Virus record (IMG/VR): IMGVR_UViG_3300045988_104136
Coordinates: 1-37,133 of that record
Strand: one strand, 5' to 3'
Source of the DNA: a virus
Length of the DNA stretch: 37,133 nt
Shown: positions 16,957 through 24,457 of the stretch, piece after piece
Position numbering within the stretch: position 1 is the first letter of the stretch
Layout: every line of letters begins with the position of its first letter
Notes under the pieces: generated by a model
The model's input: only the letters and a program-made list of their open reading frames with translations
Databases searched by the model: none
Told to the model about the DNA's origin: nothing
Program-made: the position numbers and the translations under genes

Positions 16957-17541
16957 CTAGAAAGGAAGTTCATCATTACTTGAATATCCGACATTGTCAA
17001 ATGGATCTTCTTGCTTTTCTACTTTCTTTATTTCTGGAACCTTATAATTTCCTTCTCTAATAGCTTCTGTGCTTCTTATTTGAACTACTTTTGTACTCAC
17101 ACCAATTGTGCCATCCATTTTTTCGTATTCTTCTTCTCCGAATATTGCTCCAACATGTAATCCAATTATTTTAGTTTCATCATGATTACATTCTAGCCAA
17201 TTGAAATTATCGTTTGATTTCTCAATTGATGTCATTAAACCTTTAAATCTTTCTAACCAGTAACTTCCTTCTAGTACATATCTAATTACTGCATTGTTTG
17301 GATATTTAGCAGGTTTATCCGGTGTACTTGTTTTCTTTCTATTCTCAAATTGATTCATAAAAAATTTTGAATAATCTCCCTCACAAATATCTAATGCTAT
17401 ACTTAACATTTTTTTACCAGTTTTACTCTTTTCGTTTTTTACATTTAATATTTTACAAATATATCCTCCTGCAGGTAATCTAACTACCTCTCCATCAAAA
17501 GCTTGTGCCTTTTTATAATTTTCTTCATTAAAATCTACCAT
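16957..17541 (-). CDS. DUF669-like protein (ssDNA-binding partner of phage recombinase ATPases)
   Basis: FDGEVVRLPAGGYICKILNVKNEKSKTGKKMLSIALDICEGDY is present. ATG 17539..17541 lies 7 nt after GGAGGA. Confidence 0.65.
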   Translation of the reverse strand: MVDFNEENYKKAQAFDGEVVRLPAGGYICKILNVKNEKSKTGKKMLSIALDICEGDYSKFFMNQFENRKKTSTPDKPAKYPNNAVIRYVLEGSYWLERFKGLMTSIEKSNDNFNWLECNHDETKIIGLHVGAIFGEEEYEKMDGTIGVSTKVVQIRSTEAIREGNYKVPEIKKVEKQEDPFDNVGYSSNDELPF

Positions 17542-17545
17542 TTTC

Positions 17546-18178
17546 TTATCCTCCAATTTCATAATATTTTCTTATAATTTCATCTACATGTTTTAAGTCA
17601 TTATCAATTGTGTCCTCTTTAAACATATCAATAGGTGTTTTTACAACATCTTTACCATCTGTATGTGTCTTAAAAACGTACTTTCCATCTTCTATAGTTG
17701 TTCTTAAAACTATAGTAAACATACCTTCTATACAGACTTTTTCATCTAGCAATTTACCTATTGTCTTAGGCTTTACATCTCCAGAATCATTTTTATCTTC
17801 ATGCATCATAAAATATACAATTTTATCTGGAGCAACTTTATTTTTCATAAATTCAATCAAATTCCAAAATCTATCTGCTAAATCATTGTATAAATTAAAT
17901 ACAGAATTACCTCCTGCAGATTTAGAATGATTTTTCATAAATTGATTTGTTATTAAATATCCTGCATCATCAATTGCAATTGATTTTTTTGTAGTTTTAT
18001 AAATTTTTTCTACAATAGTTCTATAATCATCTGTTTCTAATATACTTTCAAATTTCTTCCTAAAAGGTAATGGTTTCTTTATAACATTTACAAGTGCTAA
18101 TTCTTGTTCTCCAAAATTCCTAAGGCTTGTACTTTTACCAGAACCTGATTTACCTATGATTAATACTGGTATAGCCAT
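17546..18178 (-). CDS. P-loop ATPase (Sak4/AAA_24-like position)
   Basis: Walker A IIGKSGSGKST, Walker B-like SIAIDDAG, adjacent to the DUF669-like gene. Confidence 0.65.
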   Translation of the reverse strand: MAIPVLIIGKSGSGKSTSLRNFGEQELALVNVIKKPLPFRKKFESILETDDYRTIVEKIYKTTKKSIAIDDAGYLITNQFMKNHSKSAGGNSVFNLYNDLADRFWNLIEFMKNKVAPDKIVYFMMHEDKNDSGDVKPKTIGKLLDEKVCIEGMFTIVLRTTIEDGKYVFKTHTDGKDVVKTPIDMFKEDTIDNDLKHVDEIIRKYYEIGG

Positions 18179-18465
18179 TACTTATTACCTCCTTTATATA
18201 AATTTTTTTTAAGTGTTTTATAAATTCCTTTGTTTATATTTCTTCTTCCATTTAAATAAATTACTAAAACATTCATAAAATCTTCTGTTGTAAGTTTCCA
18301 TTCTTTTCTCTACGCTTTTATTTGTTCTCTTCTAGTATTTTTAAAATAGTTTATTATTTGTTTAGATTTTGATTTATCTTTTGTATTTATTCTGCAGCCC
18401 CAAGTTTTATTTTTTATATCTACATAAAAACAAGTATTACCATTCCAAATATAATTCTCCTCCAT
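18178..18465 (-). CDS. Small early ORF interrupted by one in-frame TAG (51 aa + TAG + 43 aa)
   Basis: It has TAATG overlaps with both neighbours (18465 and 18178). The TAG is at 18310..18312. A single frame runs MEENYIWNGNTCFYVDIKNKTWGCRINT…EQIKA * RKEWKLTTEDFMNVLVIYLNGRRNINKG…. Confidence 0.4.
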
Positions 18466-18950
18466 TAACGTATACTCAACCTTTCTCCTCTTGGCTCTAA
18501 ATGTGCAAAAGGTAAACTTTCTCCATTTTCTAATGCTTGTCTAATTTTAGATGTATCATTTTCTATTACAGTTTTTGTATATTCTTCTGGAACACCCCCG
18601 TCTATTGTTAAAGCTTGTTTCCCTCCATTTTTTACAATATTGAAACTAAACAAGTTTGTCGTAAATTTTGTTTTACCTGTTATTTTCATACAGTTAAATA
18701 AATTGCTTTTTAGCATTTTTATTCTATTATCCATTGTTTGTGCACTTTCTGTTAATCTCTTAGCTTCTTCTTTTCTTGCTTTACTTTGTGCTTCCAATTC
18801 TTTTATAATCTTTGCATATCCATCTGCTTTATCTTCTATGTCTCCTTCAATACTTTCTAAAGTATCTAATAATACTTTTTCATCTACATCTTCGTCATAT
18901 AACATGTTTAAAAGATGTTCATAATTTCCAGTTAATTCGTATATATTCAT
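18465..18950 (-). CDS. Siphovirus Gp157-family protein
   Basis: MNIYELTGNYEHLLNMLYDEDVDEKVLLDTLESIEGDIEDKADGYAKIIKELEA… is present. It is the first gene of a Sak4/DUF669-type replication block. Confidence 0.7.
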   Translation of the reverse strand: MNIYELTGNYEHLLNMLYDEDVDEKVLLDTLESIEGDIEDKADGYAKIIKELEAQSKARKEEAKRLTESAQTMDNRIKMLKSNLFNCMKITGKTKFTTNLFSFNIVKNGGKQALTIDGGVPEEYTKTVIENDTSKIRQALENGESLPFAHLEPRGERLSIR

Positions 18951-18970
18951 TTTTTCCTCCTTGATTTATT

Positions 18971-18998
18971 TCTCTAATTATGTTAATATAATTAGAGA
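18971..18998. promoter_or_regulatory. Perfect 11-bp inverted repeat (tctctaattat-gttaat-ataattagaga) in the intergenic region
   Basis: Read directly. No U-tract follows on the minus strand, so it is either a protein-binding palindrome or an RNA stem. Confidence 0.35.
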
Positions 18999-19023
18999 GA
19001 ATATTTTGTTATGTTCTTTTTTG

Positions 19024-19317
19024 CTATGTGTTCTGTTTTAGCGGATAGATACATAGCATTTTTAATTTTTCGTGAATTATTTCTAATTTTTGTCTTGCTT
19101 CTTCTTCATTGTGTTTTGAATTACTAACTAGTAATAAGAATTTAGTTGTATCTTCTATTTCAAATAAACTTTTTGCTATATTTGCATCTAATTCAGCTTC
19201 ATCATATTTATATTTCTTTATTACTCGATTGGATACCTGCTCTAAATTTCTTACACTGTTTTCTAGTTTCACTTTTCTTAATGTATTATCTAAATATAAC
19301 TTGTCCAACTTATCCAT
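19024..19317 (-). CDS. Hypothetical early protein
   Basis: 97-aa helical ORF in the early leftward operon. Confidence 0.5.
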   Translation of the reverse strand: MDKLDKLYLDNTLRKVKLENSVRNLEQVSNRVIKKYKYDEAELDANIAKSLFEIEDTTKFLLLVSNSKHNEEEARQKLEIIHEKLKMLCIYPLKQNT

Positions 19318-19321
19318 ATAC

Positions 19322-19591
19322 TTATTTCACCTCCTTCAAAATTTTTATTGTTTGTCCTTCTTTCAATTCGCTTGATGTCATATTGTTTATGTTTTTTATT
19401 TCATATATGTAATCTCTTATATCTCCATCTGAATGATCTGCTGCTATGCTCCACAATGTTTCTCCTCTTCCAACTGTGTAATCTATGTATTCTTTTTTAG
19501 CTTGAGATATTGAAATGCAAAAGATTCCTAAAATTATAAGTATTAATATCGTTGTGCTTCTAATAAATTTAAATTTGTTTTTAATTTTCAT
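19322..19591 (-). CDS. Membrane-anchored LysM protein (YneA-like architecture)
   Basis: An N-terminal TM segment TTILILIILGIFCISI is followed by LysM YTVGRGETLWSIAADHS…LKEGQTIKI; 89 aa. Confidence 0.7.
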   Translation of the reverse strand: MKIKNKFKFIRSTTILILIILGIFCISISQAKKEYIDYTVGRGETLWSIAADHSDGDIRDYIYEIKNINNMTSSELKEGQTIKILKEVK

Positions 19592-19607
19592 TTATTCTCC
19601 CTCCTTT

Positions 19608-19859
19608 CTAAATAATCTGTCTTGCTATTTCTTGTAATACTGTTTGTAACTTTTCTCCTTCTAAACCTAAGTCGTGTAGTAATACTGCCCTTTTGTCTGC
19701 TAATTGTTTCACTCCAGTTCCTTTAATTCGTGGAAAGTCTTTACTGTTAAATATCTCTCTAGCCTTGGTTTCTCCTATTCCTCTCCAGTCTGCATAATCA
19801 TATGGTGTTATTGTTTCTGGTAAATCTTTATAATTTTTAATTGGTTTCTTTTCTTGCAT
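19608..19859 (-). CDS. Small putative DNA-binding protein (HTH/excisionase-like; uncertain)
   Basis: 83 aa with WRGIGETKAREIFNSKDFPRIKGTGVKQLADKRAVLLHDLG. Confidence 0.4.
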   Translation of the reverse strand: MQEKKPIKNYKDLPETITPYDYADWRGIGETKAREIFNSKDFPRIKGTGVKQLADKRAVLLHDLGLEGEKLQTVLQEIARQII

Positions 19860-19861
19860 TT

Positions 19862-20605
19862 TTAAATCACCTCTTTTAAAAATTTATTTACAAAATATAT
19901 TTGCCCTTTACCAGTTACCTTAGTTGTAGGTTTTGTAATAGGTGTTCCATCTGGTTTGTTTATTACTGTCTTTTTTACTTCAAATAATCCCATATCCATT
20001 GCTTTTTGTGTTGGTAAATTCCAATTCTGTCCTTTTTGTTTTATTAAATATCCTTCGTTTCTTAATTTTTCGAATAACCTGTTTTGACCAATTTCATATC
20101 CATTTTGTTTTAATATTTTTGCTAATTCATTTATAAGGACACTATTTTTAGATGTTTCTACACTATCTGCAAATAAAACTTTTGGTTTTTGCTTTTCTAA
20201 TTCTTCAGCTAATTCTGCCGCTTTTCTTAATGCTTCTGGTAATGTTTTAGGAATTTCAAACATTTGTCTAGCTTTCTTTTCTACTTCAATAAAATATCTT
20301 CTAATTTTTCTACCTTGCTCATTATTCTCTACCATTGCTATTTCTTTTGCTGTATCTAAAGTAAGTGCATATTCTGTTGTCTTGCTTCCTAAATTACTCC
20401 CTTCACGTTTCACAAAATTGTGATATGTGGTAAAATCAACATCTTCAACGAATCCATATTGTTCTATTCTTTGTTTTATCCAATCACTAAATTTTCTTTT
20501 ATTGTTTAATGCTGTATGTAATTCTCTTGCATTAACTAATTGTTCTTGTCTATCATTTTCATAGATTTTTATTAATCCATCTTGAAACAATGTCATATTA
20601 ATCAT
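19862..20605 (-). CDS. Antirepressor (AntA N-terminal domain + KilAC C-terminal domain)
   Basis: The N-terminus reads LVNARELHTALNNKRKFSDWIKQRIEQYGFVEDVDF. The C-terminus reads LINELAKILKQNGYEIGQNRLFEKLRNEGYLIKQ…. Confidence 0.8.
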   Translation of the reverse strand: MINMTLFQDGLIKIYENDRQEQLVNARELHTALNNKRKFSDWIKQRIEQYGFVEDVDFTTYHNFVKREGSNLGSKTTEYALTLDTAKEIAMVENNEQGRKIRRYFIEVEKKARQMFEIPKTLPEALRKAAELAEELEKQKPKVLFADSVETSKNSVLINELAKILKQNGYEIGQNRLFEKLRNEGYLIKQKGQNWNLPTQKAMDMGLFEVKKTVINKPDGTPITKPTTKVTGKGQIYFVNKFLKEVI

Positions 20606-20877
20606 TTACTTTCCTCCTTATATTTAAGATTATTAAATTCATCTTTTTTTGTTTTAAATTTACTATCACCAGTAAGCCATTCAATTTGCACATTATATGT
20701 CTTGGAAATTTTTTGTAATGAATTAATAGATGGATTTGCTCTTCCTGTCTTCCAATCAGTAATATTTCCTTGACTTAAACCTGTATTTTTAGCAAATTCT
20801 TTTGCAGTTAATTTGTTTTCCTCCATTAGCATAAAAATCCTTTTTAAAGTTATATCCTTACTTTTGCTTTCTTTCAT
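20602..20877 (-). CDS. Cro-like XRE-family HTH regulator, first gene of the leftward early operon
   Basis: LTAKEFAKNTGLSQGNITDWKTGRANPSINSLQKISKTYNVQIEWLTG is present. It is divergent from the CI-like gene. Confidence 0.75.
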   Translation of the reverse strand: MKESKSKDITLKRIFMLMEENKLTAKEFAKNTGLSQGNITDWKTGRANPSINSLQKISKTYNVQIEWLTGDSKFKTKKDEFNNLKYKEESK

Positions 20878-20913
20878 TTTTTATCTCTTTTCACTTCCTT
20901 TCTTATAATTTCA

Positions 20914-20942
20914 TTGACAATTTAAAATTCTTATAGTAAAAT
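20914..20942 (+). promoter_or_regulatory. Rightward sigma-A-type promoter candidate (TTGACA-17-TAAAAT)
   Basis: TTGACA at 20914..20919, a 17-nt spacer, TAAAAT at 20937..20942. It lies about 230 nt upstream of the CI start. Confidence 0.5.
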
Positions 20943-20958
20943 AGTAATATACGAATTA
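20933..20958. promoter_or_regulatory. Operator-like repeats, left set
   Basis: ATAGTAA occurs at 20933 and 20941. The 18-mer ATAGTAATATACGAATTA (20941..20958) matches 21128..21145 at 16 of 18 positions. Confidence 0.45.
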
Positions 20959-21024
20959 GGCAAGAAAAAAAACACTTCTAGCGTATAAATACTATAAAAG
21001 CCTAATTTGTATATTGTTACTAGT

Positions 21025-21064
21025 AGAGCACACTTGATTCCGCCAAGTTTCAATGGTGTGCTTT
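21025..21064 (+). other. GC-rich hairpin inside the switch region (possible plus-strand attenuator or small-RNA terminator)
   Basis: agagcacac (21025..21033) pairs with gtgtgcttt (21056..21064) across a 22-nt loop, followed on plus by ACUAAU. Confidence 0.35.
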
Positions 21065-21099
21065 ACTAATGTAATTTATATTTTACTTTTGATATTGCT

Positions 21100-21128
21100 A
21101 TTATAATAGTAAGATGTGAAAAAGTCAA
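21100..21128 (-). promoter_or_regulatory. Leftward early promoter, near-consensus (TTGACT-17-TATAAT)
   Basis: The minus strand reads TTGACT TTTTCACATCTTACTAT TATAAT. The -35 element is at 21123..21128 and the -10 at 21100..21105. Confidence 0.65.
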
Positions 21129-21145
21129 TAGTAAATTACGAATTA
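21106..21145. promoter_or_regulatory. Operator-like repeats, right set
   Basis: ATAGTAA occurs at 21106 (in the spacer abutting the -10) and at 21128 (abutting the -35). The 18-mer ATAGTAAATTACGAATTA is at 21128..21145. Confidence 0.45.
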
Positions 21146-21171
21146 TTTTTAAAAAATTTCGGAGGTGTGAA

Positions 21172-22146
21172 ATGTCTACTGTTGACAGAATTTTAGAACT
21201 CGTTAAAGAAAGTGGTTTAACAGCAAAAGAATTTGCCGAAGGCGCTAATATTGCTGGTGGTAGTATAACTGATTGGAAAACTGGTCGTTCAAAACCATCT
21301 GTTGAATCTTTACAAAAAATTGCAAAATATTGCAATGTTCAATTAGAATGGTTGACTGGTGATAGCGACTATAGGACTAAAGAAGAAGCACTAGAACATT
21401 TTATAGATAATCAAAATCGAATTGTAACTTTACAAACCATACAATTAAACTATGATAAAGTAATTGATTGTAATTTAAATGAAAAAGATATTGATGAGAT
21501 AGTTGAATTATTAAATTTTAGGCATTTAACCTCATCTCCTAAAGAATATTATGTTAATTATATAAAAAAATATTTGGATAAATTCGAACCTCAAAAAAAG
21601 AAAAAAATTAAAGATTTATTTATTGAGATTCTTAAAGCTATGATTAGGCAAATTGATAATAATCATTATTACCATTATTTAGTTTCATCAATTGAAAAGA
21701 TGATTTCTAGTAATCACTCAAACAATAAATCAAATGATAATAAATTATTTTATATTCCTATTGTTGGAAAAATAGCTGCTGGAAAACCAATATTAGCTGA
21801 AGAATATTTAGAAGACTATTTACCTATAGATCCTAGTATTTATGGTTTAAATACTTCTGATGATTTGTTTTTTTTAAAGGTATCTGGAGAAAGTATGAAT
21901 TTAAAAGTACACAATGGAGATTATGCATTAATCCATAAACAAGATTATGCAGAAAATGGAGATATTATTGTTGCTATTGTTAATGGAGATGATGAAGCAA
22001 CTTTAAAAAGATACAAAAAAATTAATAATGAAATAATAATGTTAGAACCAATGTCCACATATCCAATGGAACCAATTATTATTAATTTAAAAGAAACTAA
22101 TTTTAAAATAATAGGAAAAGCTATTGGACAATTTGGAAAATTTTAA
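21172..22146 (+). CDS. CI-like repressor: XRE HTH + long linker + S24 (LexA-like) autopeptidase domain
   Basis: The N-terminal HTH reads LTAKEFAEGANIAGGSITDWKTGRSKPS. The C-terminus carries VSGESMN (Ser) and ATLKRY (Lys). GGAGGTG ribosome-binding site. Confidence 0.9.
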   Translation: MSTVDRILELVKESGLTAKEFAEGANIAGGSITDWKTGRSKPSVESLQKIAKYCNVQLEWLTGDSDYRTKEEALEHFIDNQNRIVTLQTIQLNYDKVIDCNLNEKDIDEIVELLNFRHLTSSPKEYYVNYIKKYLDKFEPQKKKKIKDLFIEILKAMIRQIDNNHYYHYLVSSIEKMISSNHSNNKSNDNKLFYIPIVGKIAAGKPILAEEYLEDYLPIDPSIYGLNTSDDLFFLKVSGESMNLKVHNGDYALIHKQDYAENGDIIVAIVNGDDEATLKRYKKINNEIIMLEPMSTYPMEPIIINLKETNFKIIGKAIGQFGKF

Positions 22147-22150
22147 ACAA

Positions 22151-22181
22151 AAGATAAGTAGAAATACTTATCTTATTTTAT
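22151..22181 (+). terminator. Intrinsic terminator after the repressor gene
   Basis: aagataagta-gaaa-tacttatctt forms a perfect 10-bp stem, followed by attttat. Confidence 0.75.
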
Positions 22182-22192
22182 AGGAGGCAAAA

Positions 22193-22306
22193 ATGGATTA
22201 CGAAAAAATAAATAAAGCTATGATGGAAGTGCTAGAAGAAAAATATAATGTAAAAATTGAAGCTAAAGTTTTAAGAAAGGAGGATTGCAATGGCAAAAAG
22301 AGGTAA
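22193..22306 (+). CDS. 37-aa ORF overlapping the integrase start (uncertain)
   Basis: AGGAGG lies 5 nt before the ATG. Product reads MDYEKINKAMMEVLEEKYNVKIEAKVLRKEDCNGKKR. Confidence 0.3.
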   Translation: MDYEKINKAMMEVLEEKYNVKIEAKVLRKEDCNGKKR

Positions 22307-23432
22307 TGGAGAAGGTTCTATCTTCTACTCTGAAAAATTAAATAGATGGGTTGGACAATTTACTGCAGGTAGAAAAGCAGATGGTAAATTAAATCGTAAA
22401 TCTGTTTATGGTAAAACTAGAAAAGAAGTAAAAGAAAAAATGACTAAAGCATTAGCAGAAGTACAACAAAGAACTTTTATTGAAAAAAATGATATAACAG
22501 TTTATCTTTTAGGCAATGAAATGTTGAATTTAAAATATAATTCAAATACTATAAAAGGTACATCATATACAACAATGCATTATCCTCTTATGAAGATAAA
22601 AAATAGTGATCTAGGTAATATGGAAATTCAAAAAGTAACTAGAAGTAACATACAAACATTCTTAAGCACGATTACAAATCTTTCTAATTCATATATTGAA
22701 AAAATAATTATTGAGTTAAATACAATTTTTAATGAAGCTATTAATAGAGATTATATTATTAAATCTCCAATGAAAAACATAGTTATACCAATATCAAAAA
22801 AAATTGATAAGAAAGTTGAAGCTTTTACTATAGATGAACAAAAAAAATTAATTAGTAAATTTAAAACTAATAAATATGGCGATTTATTTTCTATTGCAAT
22901 GTTTTCTGGAATGAGAATTGGAGAAATATTAGCATTAACACCAAAAGACGTTGATTTGACTAACAACATAATACATATAACTAAAACTATTTCTAGATCT
23001 AAGGATAATAAAAATATAATAGGAAAGACGCCCAAAACATCTACTTCTTATAGAGATATACCAATAACAGCACTTTTTAGAAAAAATATTGAAAATGCTT
23101 TAAACAATATGCAAAAAAATCCTAACGATTTAATTTTTTGTACAAAGCAATTAACAATACTAAAATCCAGTAATGCAAATTGTTTTTTTAAGAGGCTATG
23201 TAACAAAGAACCAAAAATAAATAGAAACGTTAATTTGCATATGCTTAGACACACATATGCAACTAGATGTATTGAAAGTGGAATGCCTGCAGAAGTTTTA
23301 CAAAAATTATTAGGACATAAAAATATAACGACAACAATAAATACTTATACAACAATTTTTGATAAATACAAAACAGATGAAGTATTGAGAAGTACTCAAA
23401 ATATTGCATTAAATTTAGGATTAAAAATCTAG
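22290..23432 (+). CDS. int: Tyrosine site-specific integrase
   Basis: Catalytic signatures FSGMRIGEILAL, HMLRHTYATRC and LGHKNITTTINTYT (R…HxxR…H…Y) are present. Confidence 0.95.
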   Translation: MAKRGNGEGSIFYSEKLNRWVGQFTAGRKADGKLNRKSVYGKTRKEVKEKMTKALAEVQQRTFIEKNDITVYLLGNEMLNLKYNSNTIKGTSYTTMHYPLMKIKNSDLGNMEIQKVTRSNIQTFLSTITNLSNSYIEKIIIELNTIFNEAINRDYIIKSPMKNIVIPISKKIDKKVEAFTIDEQKKLISKFKTNKYGDLFSIAMFSGMRIGEILALTPKDVDLTNNIIHITKTISRSKDNKNIIGKTPKTSTSYRDIPITALFRKNIENALNNMQKNPNDLIFCTKQLTILKSSNANCFFKRLCNKEPKINRNVNLHMLRHTYATRCIESGMPAEVLQKLLGHKNITTTINTYTTIFDKYKTDEVLRSTQNIALNLGLKI

Positions 23433-23453
23433 TTGCATTAAAATTGCATTAAA
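23404..23453 (+). repeat. TTGCATTAAA repeats (3 copies): candidate integrase arm-type sites, left set
   Basis: Copies at 23404, 23433 and 23444. The last two are 11 bp apart and lie immediately after the int stop. Confidence 0.45.
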
Positions 23454-23682
23454 TTAATAATCTTATTTATATAAAAAATAGCTGTAACCTTTATATTGCA
23501 ATAGTTACAGCCAATAATGTATTGTTTATTAGTTTTGTGTATATGGTAAATTTTGTACTTTTTGTATTTTCTCTTCATTTATTATATTTTTTTATAACGT
23601 GCTATTTAAAGCACTTTTCTAGCTTTTCAATTTCTCGTACTTTTTATAATTTTACTTCGTTTTTTATAACTTTTCTTTGGCG

Positions 23683-23704
23683 TTGCATTAAACTTTGCAT
23701 TAAA
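23683..23704 (+). repeat. TTGCATTAAA repeats (2 copies): candidate arm-type sites, right set
   Basis: Copies at 23683 and 23695 (12 bp apart), about 230 bp from the left set. Confidence 0.45.
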
Positions 23705-24023
23705 ATTTATATTTATTTTTTGTCTATTTTCAGTGAATTTTTTAGAGAACTTTTCAATGAACCTTAAATATTTTTTTATTATATGTATTTTTTTATATAA
23801 TGTCAAAAATGTTTAGCAGTTTATATTAGTATTCTATGTATGGCTTGATACCACTGCATTTCAGCAGTATTATCGTGACAATCGATTCTAAGGCATTTTT
23901 ATTATCAAATAGAGTAATTATATGGGTGAAATTATACATTTTTTGTTAATTTTCGGATTTTTCTAAAACTTTCCGTTTAACTTATGTATTTATGTTTACT
24001 TTGTCGTAAGAAATTTGTCGAAA

Positions 24024-24064
24024 CAAAAAAGTAATTAGAATTTAATCTAATTACCTTTTTTTGA
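24024..24064. terminator. Bidirectional intrinsic terminator separating the TAC cassette from attP
   Basis: gtaattaga-atttaa-tctaattac forms a perfect 9-bp stem, flanked by an A-run (24024..24030) and a T-run (24056..24063). It overlaps the stop of the SecB-like gene. Confidence 0.8.
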
Positions 24065-24457
24065 ATCTAAATCTTTAATTACATTATTTACATTTATAAC
24101 AGGTAGTATTAACCCATTAACATTTGAATTAATAGTATATATAGAAACTATTGATCTAACATAAGGATATAAAATTGCTATTGCATTTGGTTCAAAATTT
24201 ATATTTTCATCATTTTTTTCTTCTGTAAAATATCCTGTAAGCTTTACTATCATTTCAAATGGGAAATTATTTTCTTCTGCATTTTCGAATACTTTTGTTA
24301 CTAATTCTACCTTCATGTTATTTTCTTCTCTTTCTATATTTTTATATATAGAAAAATCTATTGTAACTGGTTGTGGCTTGAAATTATCATTATTTTTAAA
24401 ATTCACTTCATTAACTACATATTTGTTAAATCTCAATTTACTTTTATATTTCTCCAT
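24047..24457 (-). CDS. SecB-like chaperone (candidate chaperone of a TAC system)
   Basis: LRFNKYVVNEVNF, FEMIVKLTGYF and NAIAILYPYVRSIVSIYTINSNVNGLILPVINV parallel E. coli SecB …[32 protein letters not shown]. It has a TAATG overlap with the upstream gene. Confidence 0.75.
   Translation of the reverse strand: MEKYKSKLRFNKYVVNEVNFKNNDNFKPQPVTIDFSIYKNIEREENNMKVELVTKVFENAEENNFPFEMIVKLTGYFTEEKNDENINFEPNAIAILYPYVRSIVSIYTINSNVNGLILPVINVNNVIKDLDSKKGN

Noticed and set aside
12280-20604. Genome-wide TGA-to-Trp recoding (genetic code 4)
   Set aside because: TGA closes several well-defined genes at sensible lengths (helicase 12280, resolvase 13715, primase finger 16405 with tandem TGA TGA, cro 20602). 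These are often ATGA overlaps with the next start, so TGA is generally a stop here. Only the HAD-like gene has an internal TGA.
21066-21335. 89-aa minus-strand ORF overlapping the switch region and the start of the CI gene
   Set aside because: It is antisense to the clearly real HTH domain of CI. Its PVFQSVI segment is simply the mirror of the conserved ITDWKTGR coding sequence, and the same artefact appears opposite cro.
23522-23767. 81-aa plus-strand ORF in the attP region
   Set aside because: It has a TTG start, no RBS and an extremely hydrophobic low-complexity product. It sits in the non-coding AT-rich region that carries the arm-type repeats.
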